The notes beneath the pieces are model-generated. The model worked only from the letters and a program-made list of their open reading frames with translations. It was not told where the DNA came from and ran no database searches. A DNA stretch of 63,630 bases, counting the filler. It is 11 parts of 11 records of this genome, joined end to end, with 100 filler letters (N's around TTAATTAATTAA, not from the genome) between each part and the next. Parts side by side here need not be neighbours in the genome. Positions count along the whole stretch, not along the records: positions 35,003 to 40,040 come from SRR7504441_12552; positions 40,141 to 44,317 come from SRR7504441_12555; positions 44,418 to 48,334 come from SRR7504441_12558; 8 more parts are not named here. One strand, 5' to 3'. The position numbers and the translations under genes are program-made. Positions 35,250 through 48,434 of this stretch are shown piece by piece. Position 1 is the first letter of the stretch. Every line of letters starts with the position of its first letter.

Positions 35250-36216
35250 TCATGGAATCGCTCCCTTGGTCTCGGCATCGCACGCCGGCTTGAACTTGCG
35301 CATTTCGAGCACGACAAGCCACATCACAATCATGGTGGCTACATGCCAGACCGCATGCCCCTGAAGCATCGAGCTGCCCCGGCCTGTGAGCCTGGCAAAA
35401 TCCACCCTCCGCACCGAGGGTCACAGCCGAACTGCCGGATATCGCACTCCTGCGCCACCTTGCCAAACGCCATGAGCGCCAAAACCTACCCAGCCCAATA
35501 AGCCCGGCCCGCCCTCCTGCCCACCCTGGCCACAATTGCGCCGCCCACCCTGAGGCGGAGCAGGCTGAGGCTAATCAGCACAATCTGGCAGGTCACTACA
35601 AGGTTCTCCATCGGTTCACGGGCAGGGTCTGCATAGTAGAACTGGGCGCAACGCCAGAATAACGGCAGCCCCGCGAGCAGCATGCCAACCAACCAGCCCG
35701 GCCGCGGCCGGAGCAGTTGGCACACCGCGAGCGCCGAGAGGAACCACACGGCCGTGTACATCCCGAACACGTCCAGCACGTGCCCTGTCCACGGTAAGGA
35801 TCGCTCTCGCCGGCCCGGACCGAGGTGGCAGCGGCAGGCGTGGTTGGTGAAGCTGCCCACAAAGTGCAGCCCGTTCGCTGCAGCACCCAAATATCCGACC
35901 GACGGCACTGTTGCCAGTGCTCCTCCTGCTGGCACCGCACGCCGTGTGTCGGCCCGAGCGGTGCACCAGAGCCAGACTGCCAGCCACAGATAGGCCAGGT
36001 CCGACAGCGCGTTGCTGCCCCCCCCGGCGTGACTGGGCCCGCGAGCTCGCACCTCGGCTCGCGCAGGAAGGCGTCCGGCCCGCGGTCTGCCTCGCACCAT
36101 GGCCCTGGGTCTGGATCCAGCCCGGCCCACACCCCACCGATGCCCCAGTCGGCCAGCAGCACCAGCCCGCCGGCCAGCAGGGTCGCCCAGCTCGCCGTGG
36201 CCAGCGCAGTCGGCAT
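35250..36216 (-). CDS. CREST-superfamily membrane hydrolase (alkaline-ceramidase-like)
   Basis: WCE...REP|SNALSDLAY, GSFTNH, HVLD, QGHAVWH; multiple TM segments. Confidence 0.75.
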
Positions 36217-36324
36217 GCGGTCCCCGGGACGCCGAGCGCCACGCACTCAGTCCCACTCAGCCGACCTGCGCCGGGGCTTTTTTTTCAAGAGTGTTGGTGC
36301 GGCCGGCCGGCTGTCGAGCAGAGC

Positions 36325-37940
36325 ATGTCTGGATTCTTGACGCAGCTGGCTGTCAGCGCCGGGCTCACCTCCGCGGTCCACCGGGCCGCCGTCGGCGCTC
36401 ACTGCCGGACAGATCGGGGCGCTCGGGCTGCGGCTGGTGCTCCGCTTCCTGTTCCTGCCGTCTCAGACCTTCGCCCGTGCCGGCCTGGACCAGCTCAGGT
36501 CCCGGATCGAGAGAGCCGCGCGCCACCAGATGGTCAGCCTCTCCGTCCGGGTCCCAGGTGCCCCCGGGCCGGCCTGTTGGAGATCGGCGGCAGGGGCGGC
36601 GCTCGACGCGGTCGAGCTGCGCAACCCTGGGCTGGCCAACTGCCCGCCGGCCGAGGAGCGCTGGGTGGTCTGGCTCAACGCCAACGGTGTCTGCCTGGAG
36701 GAGATGCTCCCCGGGCGGAACAGCTTCATCGTCGACTACGGTGCGCTGGGCCCCCGCCTGAACCCACCCGGGGCGCAGCCGGGAAGCTTGGGGCGCACGC
36801 GCTGGTCTGGAACTACCGGGGAGTCGGGCGCTCCACGGGCAGCTCCGGCTGTGGGGCCGACCTGGTGGCAGACGCCGTGGTGCGGCTGGGAGAGGGCGCG
36901 GGCGAGCGGGCGGCAGGCCGTCATCTCTGAGCTGCTCGCGCGGGGAGTGCCGCCGGCAAACATCCTGATGCACGGACACTCCATGGGCGGGGCCGTCGCC
37001 TGTGCCGCCGTCGCACAGCTCGGCCAGGTCCAGTCCGCTGGGTTGCCCAGGCTGACGCGGATGGTGCAGCCGATTGCGGTGCTGAGTGACCGGTCGTTCT
37101 CGAGTCTGAGGGACGTTGTCCGGCATCACACCTCGCACGGCCCGCTCCCGCTGCTGGTGGCCGGGCTGCTCGGATTCCTCGGAGCGGCCACCACTGGACT
37201 GATCCTACGGGTGGCGTTCAAGCAGTCTGCCGGCGGATCGCGTGTGGCACTGATCGCTGCAGGCCTCGGACTGAGCGCACAGGTGCGGGCTGGCCCCACT
37301 GGCCCTGAGAACTGCGTGGCTGTAGCTGGCTTGGGCGATTGCCAAAGCGCCACTGCCCCGGCAAGTCTCATCTGCAATCTCGCCGTTCGTTCGGCTGGGG
37401 GCGATGGCCTGCTCAGCTCTGCTGGTGGGGGCTTTGCTCTCCTGGGCCCAATCGTATTTCTTGGTACTGACCTCCGTGCCTGGGCTATAATGGGGCGCAG
37501 GGCCGTCTACTGATACTGGGCGTGCTCGGTGAATCAGCTGGGATGCTGGCAGCAGCTGCAGGGGTGATGCCACCGTTGCTGAGCCAGCTCACTACTACTC
37601 TCGGGTGCTGCAACAGATTAACTGCCCGCTCACTGGGGCAGGTGGGAGGTGGACGCTGCAGCTGCTTGGCGAAAGCTGACCGGCCGGAAAGGCGTGCTGT
37701 ACCACAAGGGCGACATGGTGCCGCTTGGCTACCTGTTGCAGCTGAGCCGGTGGGCAGATGATCGACTACGCCCACGCGTCGCTCCAAAGGGTTGTGCTCA
37801 GCGATGACGCATTCGAGCTCAACTGCTGGCATGGGCCAGCGTGCCACATGTATCCGCTCAACCAGACACGTGACGAAGCGCAGTGGGTCGGAGCGGTGGA
37901 GCTCGCCCGCTCTTTACTGCCGGGCAAGGAGAGTAAGTAA
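36325..37940 (+). CDS. Membrane alpha/beta hydrolase (ABHD-like), multi-intron
   Basis: VWLNANG, WNYRGVGRSTG, ILMHGHSMGG, DRSFSSL, C-terminal H motif. Confidence 0.75.
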
Positions 37941-38132
37941 GCGAATCCCTCCGCATCTCTATCATGAATGACATCTTGACAAGTATACTGTACTATAGTA
38001 AATCTCCATGTGTACACCCCAAGCTTTATCTCACTGGCTTCAACTAGGCTCCTACGAATACTCGTACTATAATCATTACAGTCAGTGCAGTCATGATCGA
38101 TTGTGCGTATATACACTTAGTAACTCTGTATG

Positions 38133-40040
38133 CTATAACTGTGCATCGTCTTCCCCTTTGAGTGTAGCAGTCCGCCACCTCGAGATGACCCCACATACGC
38201 TCCTATGAGTCTCGCACATGGCAGCGACCCAGACACACTTGATTCCCCGGTTGAGCTGCTCTGCGCTCATGCGTGTGTCCTGATACACCACCTCAGGTAG
38301 GTCTTGCGGATCATAGTCGAATCTGGAGTCTATTTGCCACAGCTGCATGTGTTCAGCCGAGCTTATTGGTGATTGTATCCTCACCTCGTGCAAATCTTGT
38401 GGGCCACCCCCACGTCCTGAAGCTCGTGATCCTAATGGGCTCATGTTCCTAGAACTGAAGGCGTGCAGCATCTCGAATCTAAGCTCCGTCGACAAATTGC
38501 GGACAAACAGCTGCTGCGCCTGACCACCGTAGGATCAGTCCACATACTATATATATAGGCGCTGCTCACGCTGAGGAGCTCAGTGTAGATAGCGGCTCTG
38601 AACTCGGTCGAATGGTTCAGCGGCTGTAGCACTCTACACACAGCCAACCGAGACGCTGTCCCAGCAGGCCTAGGCGAGAGAGAGTCATGCAGCTCATGTC
38701 GCCTCAGCATGCTGCTCAGCGCCACTGCCTGGGGAAACGCATCCGCTGCCCTTTCCCGGACACCGGGCAACGCTATCTCGGGCCGGACTGAGCAGGCATC
38801 GCACATGGTAAGCAGCTCGCAAAACTCGTCGACGTCAAGAACGCCGTCGCGATTCGCATCTGCAAGGTTGAAGAGTGCAAAGCATCCCTGCTTGAAATCG
38901 TCGCTGCATAAATCCTTGCCCAGCAGCACTGGCAGGTCATTGGATAGCCGAGGCCTGACCAACGATAAGACCTGATCTAATGTCCATTTTCGGCTAGGGC
39001 CCTGCACAATCTCGGCTATATCAGGCAATTGGAAGTGGTCGAGGGGATCCCCCAAATACCGGCCCTCCTTCAGGTCCGCATACGGATCCCAGGAGCGGTC
39101 TCGAGTCTCCCAGTACCGCTGGTCATCAGAAGCCAGCTGGGCCTGTTGTGCACACGTCCAAACCATTTTAGACAGGAGCTTGCAGAGATCGGAGGTCTCC
39201 GGATGGTATTCAAGTTCCACAGAACGTAGTCGGCTCAGTCTCCCAAAATCGGCCTTGGCTTGCAATTCAATTGCGCAAGTCTTAAACTGAATCCATAGCG
39301 CTGCCTCCAGATGAAGAGCTGCTCGCAGCTGCTGGTAACTTACGGTTGGGTCTGGGAACCTGGAAAATTGACTCAGATCTGCGCAAGTGGTATAACGCAC
39401 CAATGCAAATCATTCGCGGCTCTCAATTGGTCCAGAGTAAATAGCTGTCGCCGCCCCTCGCACAGCGACATGATTACTGGCTTCCGCATGTGTGTCTGGA
39501 TGCACCGATCCTGCTCAAGCTTTGAAGACACCATCCCCTACAGCCAGGCTCAGCCGGATCGAATCGGGTGGGCACACCTTGTCGTGTGGAAGCATGCCCC
39601 AGGCTCGCCACTCCTCGATCGTTTCTGGTCGATCTGGTCTGAGTACCATTGCAAGATCCTCAAGTAAAAGCCCAACGGCGGTCTGGCAATACGAGCAGCC
39701 CTCAGCTGCCTTCTGGTCACACCAGGAGCCTTGCAATAGGGCCCTCCTCACCCTGTGTTTAATTGTCCCATCGATGCTCAACTGGTTCATGTTTTCAGAC
39801 CCAGTTACCAACTCATCTGGCGACTCAACTCGATCGACCAGCTGCCTGCCAGCAGATTTACTCATCTCCTGATCAGTCTCACGGAGCATGGGAGCGGCAC
39901 ACTGTTCGCACAGAACTTTGATCCGTTCCTGCATTTCATACTGCACCGTCCGCCTGACAGCTTCCAGCCCAATCCTGGCGTCGCTGTTGGTCGGGCAGAG
40001 CATCTGCTTGAGCAGTGCCGTCGTGCAGAGAGTGGTAGGC
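38133..40040 (-). CDS. Hypothetical protein with an EF-hand (5' truncated)
   Basis: Spliced ORFs 39515-40003, 38441-39403 and 38133-38495; DANRDGVLDVDE loop. Confidence 0.55.
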
Positions 40041-40198
40041 NNNNNNNNNNNNNNNNNNNNNNNNNNNNNNNNNNNNNNNNNNNNTTAATTAATTAANNNN
40101 NNNNNNNNNNNNNNNNNNNNNNNNNNNNNNNNNNNNNNNNAAGGGGCGCTCAACAAGCTAGTAATTGATAGACTAACACATGTGTTAATCAAGCTTTG

Positions 40199-40288
40199 AG
40201 CTCGTGTGGTATGCACGTGTGGTATGCACTAGGTATGCACGTGTGGAATGCACTCGTGTATGGCTCGTGTGGTATGCACGTGAACTCA
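40199..40288. repeat. Degenerate tandem repeat, unit about CGTGTGGTATGCA
   Basis: About 5-6 imperfect copies visible. Confidence 0.8.
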
Positions 40289-40322
40289 GTAGGGCAGAAC
40301 TTTAGCACACGTGTACTCGTAT

Positions 40323-43300
40323 TTAAAATTGCCAGTGGCGCTGAAGCCTGAGCCTGTGTAATCGCATGGCTTGACCATGAAGCCTTGCAGGGCAGAGCGT
40401 GACCCACCTGCAGGACCCAAAGGTATCACTGTGCATCACGAATGCAATATCACACAATCTAATGAGCAGTGCTACGCGGGATGGTGGCAGAGCATTACAT
40501 GCGGCGCCAACTGCGTCTTTCCCGGAAAATCCTCCCAAGGCCTCGATGAACTGATTCTTCAGGTACACGCACTTGGTGTAATGGGTTGTTGTCTCACCAA
40601 TGTTCATATTCGCCTGCGCATATCGCGCATTCAATTGCGTGCGGCGCCTGAATGCTCACCATGCACCCATATCTATAGCTGCCGTAATTTTGGCTCGTTT
40701 CCACGAGGTTCGAATTTGCACAAGCCGAATCGGGAATGTCAAAGTCTTTTCCAGCTTTGAAATGAAAAGAGGTTAATACCTCGTTTGCCTTGCACTGTAC
40801 CTTGAATCTGTCCACTCATTAAAAACCCGATTTCTCCCTCCCACGGGATTACCCTCCCTCACTGAGAACATGCATGTAATGGTCAGTATGAGGGTGACAT
40901 ATATCCATGTCTTTCCTCACGGTCCTACCAGGCCTCTCATAAACGAATCAGCGTTAGGGATCGTACATGCTTTTTGCATATTCGACTTCATTCACATTCA
41001 AACAAGTCGCTGCGTATTTCATCATATAAGTTGACACACAACCTGCCGCAGAGTATCGGGCTGCAGCAACTGAACAACGCTTTTGACCCTCTTTTGTCAG
41101 CTCAAACTTCTGAAGGACGCTGTCGTTTGGGCACTTGACAGGAACACGTTCCAGATTCCTGACGCCCCCATGCCACAGGGGCGTTGGCGGTACGCACCAG
41201 ATGTAGTTCCATCTGTCCTTGTGATATTTACCTGATTTCGTCGTCCACCCCCAACCGGTTCCCACAGGGCCGCATCTGCTGTTTGCCTCGACTGTTTTCA
41301 TATGAATTGGCTTGCCAGCCTGGCACTTGGTTGCGCCAGGGTAAGCGTACTGGCCCTGCAACGACTACTGGCATGTCAGTTCAATCGCTCCGGCACCTTG
41401 GGGCAGTCGGAGCATTGTTCTGCGCCCTCCTCAGCGAACTTGTTACGCGGGCACGTCTCGCACTCAGCTCTGGCAGGCACTCCAGCCTTTGAATGGAAGC
41501 AAAGGTCGTTGGGGTTATCTTGTCCTGCACAGACCACGCCTGTACAGAGAGGTCGGCATCCCGTGACAAGCTCAGTGAAACCTTTTGCAGGGCAAGCGTT
41601 GAGGAAGAGGTTCGCGTCAGAAGCGCACTGCCGGGATCCTTTACACAACGACTTGCCATCATTTTGTGTGACACTGTACCACGACCCATCGTGTGCACAC
41701 ATCTGCAGCAAGTACAGTCTGAGTGATCCATATGACAATAAGTGACACCTTCCAGTTTTTGGAAGCTTCGCCACACCAGCATTTCTTTCCACCCGAGCTG
41801 GGCTCAGCAGCACATTTCCCTCCCTGCTCCGTGCACATGCGACAGCTATACCACGTCCCTTCAGCACACAACGCAGAGTGTCACAATCGCACACACAGCG
41901 CTGCACACCGTCTTGAGGGCAGAACTGCTGATCGTCGTGTGGAGCGGGGCAGCGACATGTCTTCTTCAGCCACTTTTTGCTCTTGCATTCAGCTACAAGA
42001 TTGCATTTGGGATCTGAGCAATCATAGTAGGTCGAAGAAAGCCCATTTTCTGAAGGACACTCTTCTGTTCCAAACACCTGCACCAAGAGTGAGCGAGTTC
42101 TCGAAAGCCTGGCACCACTCTCTCGGCAGTATCCATCTGCCACTCTGTCGATGGAAGTTCATTTCTTTTTACACAGTTGCCCATGAAACCGTTCTGGCAC
42201 GCTGAATCTAGATTGTCTCTCGTGACAGGGCACTGTCCATCGATCTCGTCTTTGCCCACGTAGACTCCGAATCTCGGAGTGTCAAAGTAGCCGTTGGTTG
42301 TATCGTAAGTAGAACTCCAGCATGAGCATCTGCACTGAGCAGTGGCGCTCGGTGCTCCAAAGCGCTCGGTCATCTTTCTCGGAGTGGACCTTGTGCCTGG
42401 CGGACAGCTCTTCTCCTCGAGGCAGACTCCTTGATCTTTTGACCACTTGTAGCCTTCCTTGCAGGCGCCATGAAACATCTCTTGGACGAATTGCTCGATG
42501 ACATTGCCCAGCTCTGCCTTGTTGAGGACCTTTATGACCAGCGTGCTGATGGGCACTAGGCGGTATTGGATAACCACTGGCTTGTGCTCACAGGATGCAC
42601 ACCAACCCACCTGGCGCCAGTGCAAATGAGACGCAAAACCCTACCGGCGTGCGCACCCAGTCTTTTTGCGGCGTGCATCCATAGAACTTCCAGTCTGTGT
42701 TTGAGTCGGAGGATCCTTGAGAAGAGTCTGTGGTAGTCTTTGAGTCTGATTCATGCGACTCGCCACCGCCGCCATTGACCTGAACACACAAGCACAATCA
42801 TCTCAGTCCAAATATTCAGAGCTGTCGCTACCCCCTGAAGTAGCTTCCGGCCAGCATTCTTTCCAACATCATAAAAGGGCCTCGTGGGCCGCTGCTTCAC
42901 ACTCTCTGACCTCTTACGCCCGGCTTCTTGCTCAAGCTTTTTGGTCACACTCCCTGACCTCTTACGCTCGGCTTGGTGATTCTCGAGCGCTTCAGACCTG
43001 TCCTTGAGCGCTTCGCTCTTGGCTTTTTTGGCATCCGCTCTTGAGCTCTCCGCTTGTTTTGCTTTTATGTCTGCCTCTTTCTGATCTGGTGACTTTCGAG
43101 CGTCGTCAAGGTCTAAGGCACCAAAGAACTCAATCTGCTGCTTGATGGCCGTGCACACCTCTTCTGCTTTGTGCGTTCTGCTCCGCACGATTCTCGGTCT
43201 CTTGCTTATTAGATTTGAAGAGACTTGGAGGCGACTTTGGCTCGTATGGCAAACCTGCTGCATCTGCGTACTGCTTTTTCTCGGACTCCTGCAACAGCCG

Positions 43301-44290
43301 TGGCTGAGGTATACCAAGATTGTACAACCGACCTGCTTCAAAAAGTCGATTTCTGGCATCGCTTTCACAGATCCGGAGGCCTCCCAATTGCTACTGCTTT
43401 CCTGCTCCCTCCTTTTCTCACTTGCCTCGTCTTGCTCTGTCTTTGCGACATACCTCGTCATTTTGCCACCTGGATGAAAAATCACAGCTCGCGAGCTATC
43501 CTAATCCTTATCACCTAGGGTGCCCTCCGTCATATAATCTGTTCCAAAAACAGTAAGGAAGTAGCGAATTTTCTTGGTCAAAACAACCTCAGCACACCGG
43601 GCGCTGTCCAGTTCTTGCTCTTTGCAGACCTCTTTGGCCTCAGCTGTCATCTCCGGTGGCGTCGACTGCGAATATTTGAACCACTGATCGAGCTCGTCCA
43701 CCATGCTCGCAAACTCCTTGGTCAGGCTTGATGGATCAAGCACGTAAAATGTGTGGGTCTTAGCCACCACCTGAGACAGTCTCGAGTCAGAGCAGACCCA
43801 GCGTAACCGTTTCTTCTTCAAGGACCCTTTTCCCTGTTTCCTTCTGTTTTTGGTATTCCTTGTGCGTGTCAGACCAGCCCTTACTGAAAGAGGCACCTGC
43901 ACTAGAACATGCGTGCTAGCCAACGCATGCGGATCTCACCAACGGTCACCGGGACTCCAGCCCCGTGCAAAGGCACATCCATTCCTCCATTGAAATGGCC
44001 TGGCAAAGGGCTCAAACGGCCATCAGCCGACTCAGGGGCACCGGAGTCTGTCTCAGATTCGGCGGCGCTCTTGTCACTTTTGATCCACCGCACAGACGCA
44101 GATGCAAAGCTCTGGCAGTCAAGCGGGGAAACTGTGATGGCCACTTGATCCGGATACTGGACTTTGACATCGGGCGTGATGCCAGCCTTGTGGTCCTTCA
44201 CGCCTTGAGTGTACTGCTCGTACGTGTATGCAAAGAGCGGTATCACCCCACTCGATTCGTCAAACTGCCCGGCCGTGAGGTCCAGGCTTT
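40323..44290 (-). CDS. MACPF-domain protein with a long Cys-rich (EGF/TNFR-like) C-terminal region (5' truncated, multi-intron)
   Basis: YFLTVFGTDYMTEGTLG|GKM across intron 43470-43514 matches the MACPF GTH[YF]x6GG signature; WCASCEHKPVVIQYRLVPISTL; CETCPRNKFAEEGAEQCSDC. Confidence 0.7.
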
Positions 44291-44417
44291 GGGGGGGGGG
44301 GGGGGGGGGGGGGGGGGNNNNNNNNNNNNNNNNNNNNNNNNNNNNNNNNNNNNNNNNNNNNTTAATTAATTAANNNNNNNNNNNNNNNNNNNNNNNNNNN
44401 NNNNNNNNNNNNNNNNN

Positions 44418-44582
44418 GGCAAGGCGGTGGTCGGGGCTGCAGCTGGCGGTGCTCACAGCGTGGTGGCGGCTCGGGAGCAGAAAGTCTTCACGTTCGGGGG
44501 GGGCTGGGACGGCCGGCTGGGGCATGGGGCAGAAGCTGCAAGCGCGCCACTGCCGAAGGAGGTTGATGGACTTCGAGTGTAG
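44418..44582 (+). CDS. RCC1-repeat protein, C-terminal fragment
   Basis: VVGAAAGGAHSVV...VFTFGGGWDGRLGHG...PLPKEV*. Confidence 0.8.
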   Translation, partial: GKAVVGAAAGGAHSVVAAREQKVFTFGGGWDGRLGHGAEAASAPLPKEVDGLRV

Positions 44583-44710
44583 GCGCTTATACTCAGAAGC
44601 ACGTTAGTCTCATTATGATGATAGGACATGTACGTATCAGGGTTTATTGATGTTTAAAAACTGCACTGTAGCGCCACATACCCTCTCAACGTCTCAAGTG
44701 ATTAATTGCC

Positions 44711-46215
44711 TTATGATACCATAGAGCCGAGTACGCACACCTCTTGGCCATATTTTGCAAGCGCCGCCTCTGAAACCGTCAATCCCAACCCCGGTTGCTC
44801 ACTGAGCTGGATCCGGCCATCGCAGATTTCAGGAGGATTCTCAAACAGCTCGGCCTAGATAGCAATCACAACGCTCAGGGCCAGCCGAGCGCCTGGAGCG
44901 GATCGCGCTCTGCGTCCGTGAACGCCTCCACGATCAGACCTGCCGGCGAGGAGGCCACCTGCGGCCCGTCAAGCCCGCAGTGAGCCAGCTGCGCGCACAA
45001 GATGTGCGTGGATGAAACAGTCGTGGTGGGGCGCCACTCGGACGTGGTTGAGCTCACAGAGGTGGGCCAGCTTGCGCCCCTCAGTGAATCCGCCAAACAT
45101 GGTCACATCAAACTGCAGAATCTGTATCGCGCGCTCCTCGAGCATGGCCCTGCAGCCCCAGGCGCTGATCTCCGATTCTCCTGTGCACTGGCTCCAACAG
45201 GCAGCGTAGGTTGGCACCGCCAGAGAGCGGAATGTCAGTCTGTCTTGCCAGCAGGCCCAGGCCCCTCCGGTCGTCTTCCCAGCTGCCCTCGCCTCGAGCC
45301 TCAGCTGGAAGCATGCTCACCGTATTGGCTCCTCAAGCCACCGCGGCCTGAGCGGGGCTATCAGTTTTGCGGCCTCGATCGCGGTCCGCAGATCCCAGCT
45401 GCGGTTGGCATCAACCTGTGCCAGTTTGAGGGGTTTACTGGGCCGGGCCGCACCATCAGCCCGGCCTCATCGCCGATCACTCCACGAATGAACTCGAGCC
45501 TTGCGACGTCCTCTGCCAGGGCCAGTCCGCCAGTCTTGACCTGCTCGGCCTCTGGCAGGCCCGCTGGACCAGCTGCCTTGAAGGAATGGTGCCCTTGCTC
45601 TTTCATCATTAGCAGCTCATCGCGCAGCTCGGCATCATCCTTGCCGTCCCGGTAGTACCTGCGCGATCTACAGCCAAGGCACAGCCGGCCGCCACACCCG
45701 CAGGTGGCGTAAGCCTCGACCTCGTCGGTATACCCCCCGAAAAGTCGGTGCAAGGGCAGCCCGGCCGCCTTGCCCATAATGTCCCAGCATGCAATATCAA
45801 CCGCCGAAGATATCCGAATCATCGCTTCCCGGCTCCACCCGCGCTCATTGGCTGTCCTGCTTGTCGTCAGGCCAAACCTGCCCCGGCTCATCCCCGGCCG
45901 CTGGCCGGCCCATACAGCCGCTCGTACAGCCGCTCGGGGGCCAGCGCGTCGGCCCCGAGCACAATCTCGCCCAGCCCGGACTGCCATGGCCGAACCAGCG
46001 GCTCTATCGGGGTGTAACTGGTAGCCAGCCCGAACCCTTGCAGACCGGCTTCGGTCTCCAGCCTGACAAGTATCTCGTTACCTGTCGGCACCTGCCCGCC
46101 GCTCGCTGCAAGACGCCCGCTGGCCGCTCACCGGGAAGTGCGCCGTCCAGTGCGGTCGGGCCACCGCGGGGCCCTGCAGCCGAAACACCTGCAGCCCGAC
46201 GATCCTACCAGCCAT
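44711..46215 (-). CDS. Mandelate racemase/muconate lactonizing enzyme family (enolase superfamily), multi-intron
   Basis: [62 protein letters not shown]. Confidence 0.85.
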
Positions 46216-46263
46216 CCAAAGTCGTTAATGTCCGTTAGATGCGCAGCTATGCGCAGGTCGCCG

Positions 46264-47292
46264 ATGAGCAGCGGGGGCTGCACGCACTACAGACGGGGCT
46301 GCCAGATCGTGGCGCCCTGCTGCGGCGAGGTGTTTGGCTGCCGACTCTGCCACGACGAGGCGCCCTGGGCTGCACCACAGCGGCGCGAGCCGTTGGCAGG
46401 TGAAGTACGCGGGCGAGCCGGACCCTAAGAAGCGGCACGAGATCAACAGACACGCGATCGCCGAGATGATCTGCCGGAGCTGCGAGCACCGGCAGCCGGT
46501 GGCCCAGCAGTGCGCCCGGTGCGGCGAGTGCATGGGAGCCTACTTTTGCGGGGTGTGCAAGTTCTTTGATAACGACCTTTCGAAGCAAGCGTACCACTGT
46601 GATCAGTGCGGGATCTGCCGGGTGGGTGGGCAGGAGAACTTCTATCACTGCCCAAAGTGCAACTCGTGTCAGCCGGTCGCCGACCGGGAGCGCCACCGGT
46701 GCTTTGAAGGCGGGATGCGCCAGAACTGCCCGATTTGCATGGAATGTCTCTTCGACTCGCGCGAGCCTGCCCAGTCGCTCCGGTGTTGCCTAGGGCCGTG
46801 CAGGGCCTGACCGGAATGAGCAGCTGTGGGCATATGATCCACGCGTCGTGCTACAGGCAGATGTTTAGCTCCGGTGTGGGAATGGCTGGCATCCGTTGTC
46901 CTATCTGTAATGAATCGATCATGCCCGAGTCGCAGATGGCGAGCGTGTGGGCGCAAGTAGACGGTGAGGCTGCAGCTGGCATTGCTGAGCGGGCTGCAGC
47001 GGATATAGCCTTACAGCCGATGCCTGACGAGTACAGTGAGATCGTGGTTGCTGCGCCTTGTGTGCGGCGCGAGGAGAGGGCAGGTGCACGTGCTGTGCAA
47101 CGACTGCCATCAGGAAAGCTCATCAAACTTCCACTTCATAGGCGGCTCGGCTAGCTGCCCGGGGCCTCCAGCTCTGGCGGGACAGGCCTCAAGTGCGGCA
47201 ACCCAGCATGTGGGGGCTACAATACACGAAGGATCGGCGAAGAGGTCACAGAGCCGGCACAACAAGAGCCAGACGACGACGCGATTCAGTAG
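46264..47292 (+). CDS. RCHY1: CHY zinc finger + RING + zinc-ribbon E3 ligase (RCHY1/Pirh2 family), 5 introns
   Basis: [74 protein letters not shown]. Start could be 46249. Confidence 0.9.
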
Positions 47293-47402
47293 GAATAAAT
47301 CAGCAAGCCGCTTCTACCGATCTGCGGTGTACGCGATCGATATTTAATTAGTGCGGCCCCGGACACTTAAATGCAGCCATCTAGCAACCATCTGTCCCGT
47401 TA

Positions 47403-47894
47403 TCACAGCTTCTGCACGGGCAACAGGTCCTCGCGCTCGGTTGCATCGCTCGAGACTGGGGCATCGCCCATTGGGCACCGGGCCTCGTGCGCCACCACCG
47501 CATCGAAATCCTCGTGTTCGAACGGGCAGCCCCTGTTCGTATTCTTACAGTTCCACGCGTCGCCATCCTTGGTCACCATCACGTAGGTCTTCCAGAAGAT
47601 CACCACGCGTCTCCAGCACGGCCGGATCGCCGCATTCGTTCTCGCCAGCAGCGGCGCCGGCTCCCATCCTTCCTCCATGTCCACCACGCACCCGATCCCG
47701 CCCGCCGCTGCGGTCTCCCTCTCAGCCTCCGCACAGCATCGAACCGCTTTAACCACCCGACCGGCGAGCAGTCCGGCAGCCAGGGCGGCGGCGGCTAGAA
47801 AATTCCCGGCCCACCCAGGCAGCCCGACGAGCTGCCCGAGCACCAGCACGAGCGCCGCGAACACGACGGCCAGCCCGGTGCGGTGAAGCCTCAT
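47403..47894 (-). CDS. Small membrane protein with a C-terminal Cys/His motif
   Basis: Two hydrophobic helices; WNCKNTNRGCPFEH...HEARC. Confidence 0.5.
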   Translation of the reverse strand: MRLHRTGLAVVFAALVLVLGQLVGLPGWAGNFLAAAALAAGLLAGRVVKAVRCCAEAERETAAAGGIGCVVDMEEGWEPAPLLARTNAAIRPCWRRVVIFWKTYVMVTKDGDAWNCKNTNRGCPFEHEDFDAVVAHEARCPMGDAPVSSDATEREDLLPVQKL

Positions 47895-47940
47895 TTTCGA
47901 CAAATATAAATCGAATAAAATAATAATAGATCTTTAGCGC

Positions 47941-48334
47941 ATGGCGGGAAGAGAGGAGCTGCTGCGGGTGGCCGTCTGCCAGGCAAGCTGGGCGGCCCGC
48001 CGCGGCCCGAGCGGCTGGCTGCAGTACATTGAAAGAACCGCCGACTCGACCAGCGACCCTGCGCGCCGCGAGTCGCTGGCTGTTGCTGCCCAATGCCTGC
48101 CCGAGATCCTGGGGCTCGAGCCCAGCGAGACGCAGTACACTGTGTGCTGTCGGCCAGGCTGGGGCCGGAAGGGCCGGGACAGCTGCCGTGGGGGCTGTTG
48201 GAAGTGTTTGAACTGGGGCTCGTGGCCTGGCAGCAGCAAGCCGAACTGCAGCCCGGCCGGGAGAAGCTGCCGCACATCCAGGCAATGCCCCCAAGAACGG
48301 CCAGACCCTCGTGCTTGCCGCTCATTCCGGACAG
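47941..48334 (+). CDS. Hypothetical protein, 5' fragment
   Basis: ATG after an AT-rich spacer; LRVAVCQ start weakly resembles nitrilase-family N-termini; truncated. Confidence 0.35.
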
Positions 48335-48434
48335 NNNNNNNNNNNNNNNNNNNNNNNNNNNNNNNNNNNNNNNNNNNNTTAATTAATTAANNNNNNNNNN
48401 NNNNNNNNNNNNNNNNNNNNNNNNNNNNNNNNNN

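Noticed and set aside
44291-44317. Poly-G run at a contig end
   Set aside because: Typical sequencing or assembly artefact at a read end.
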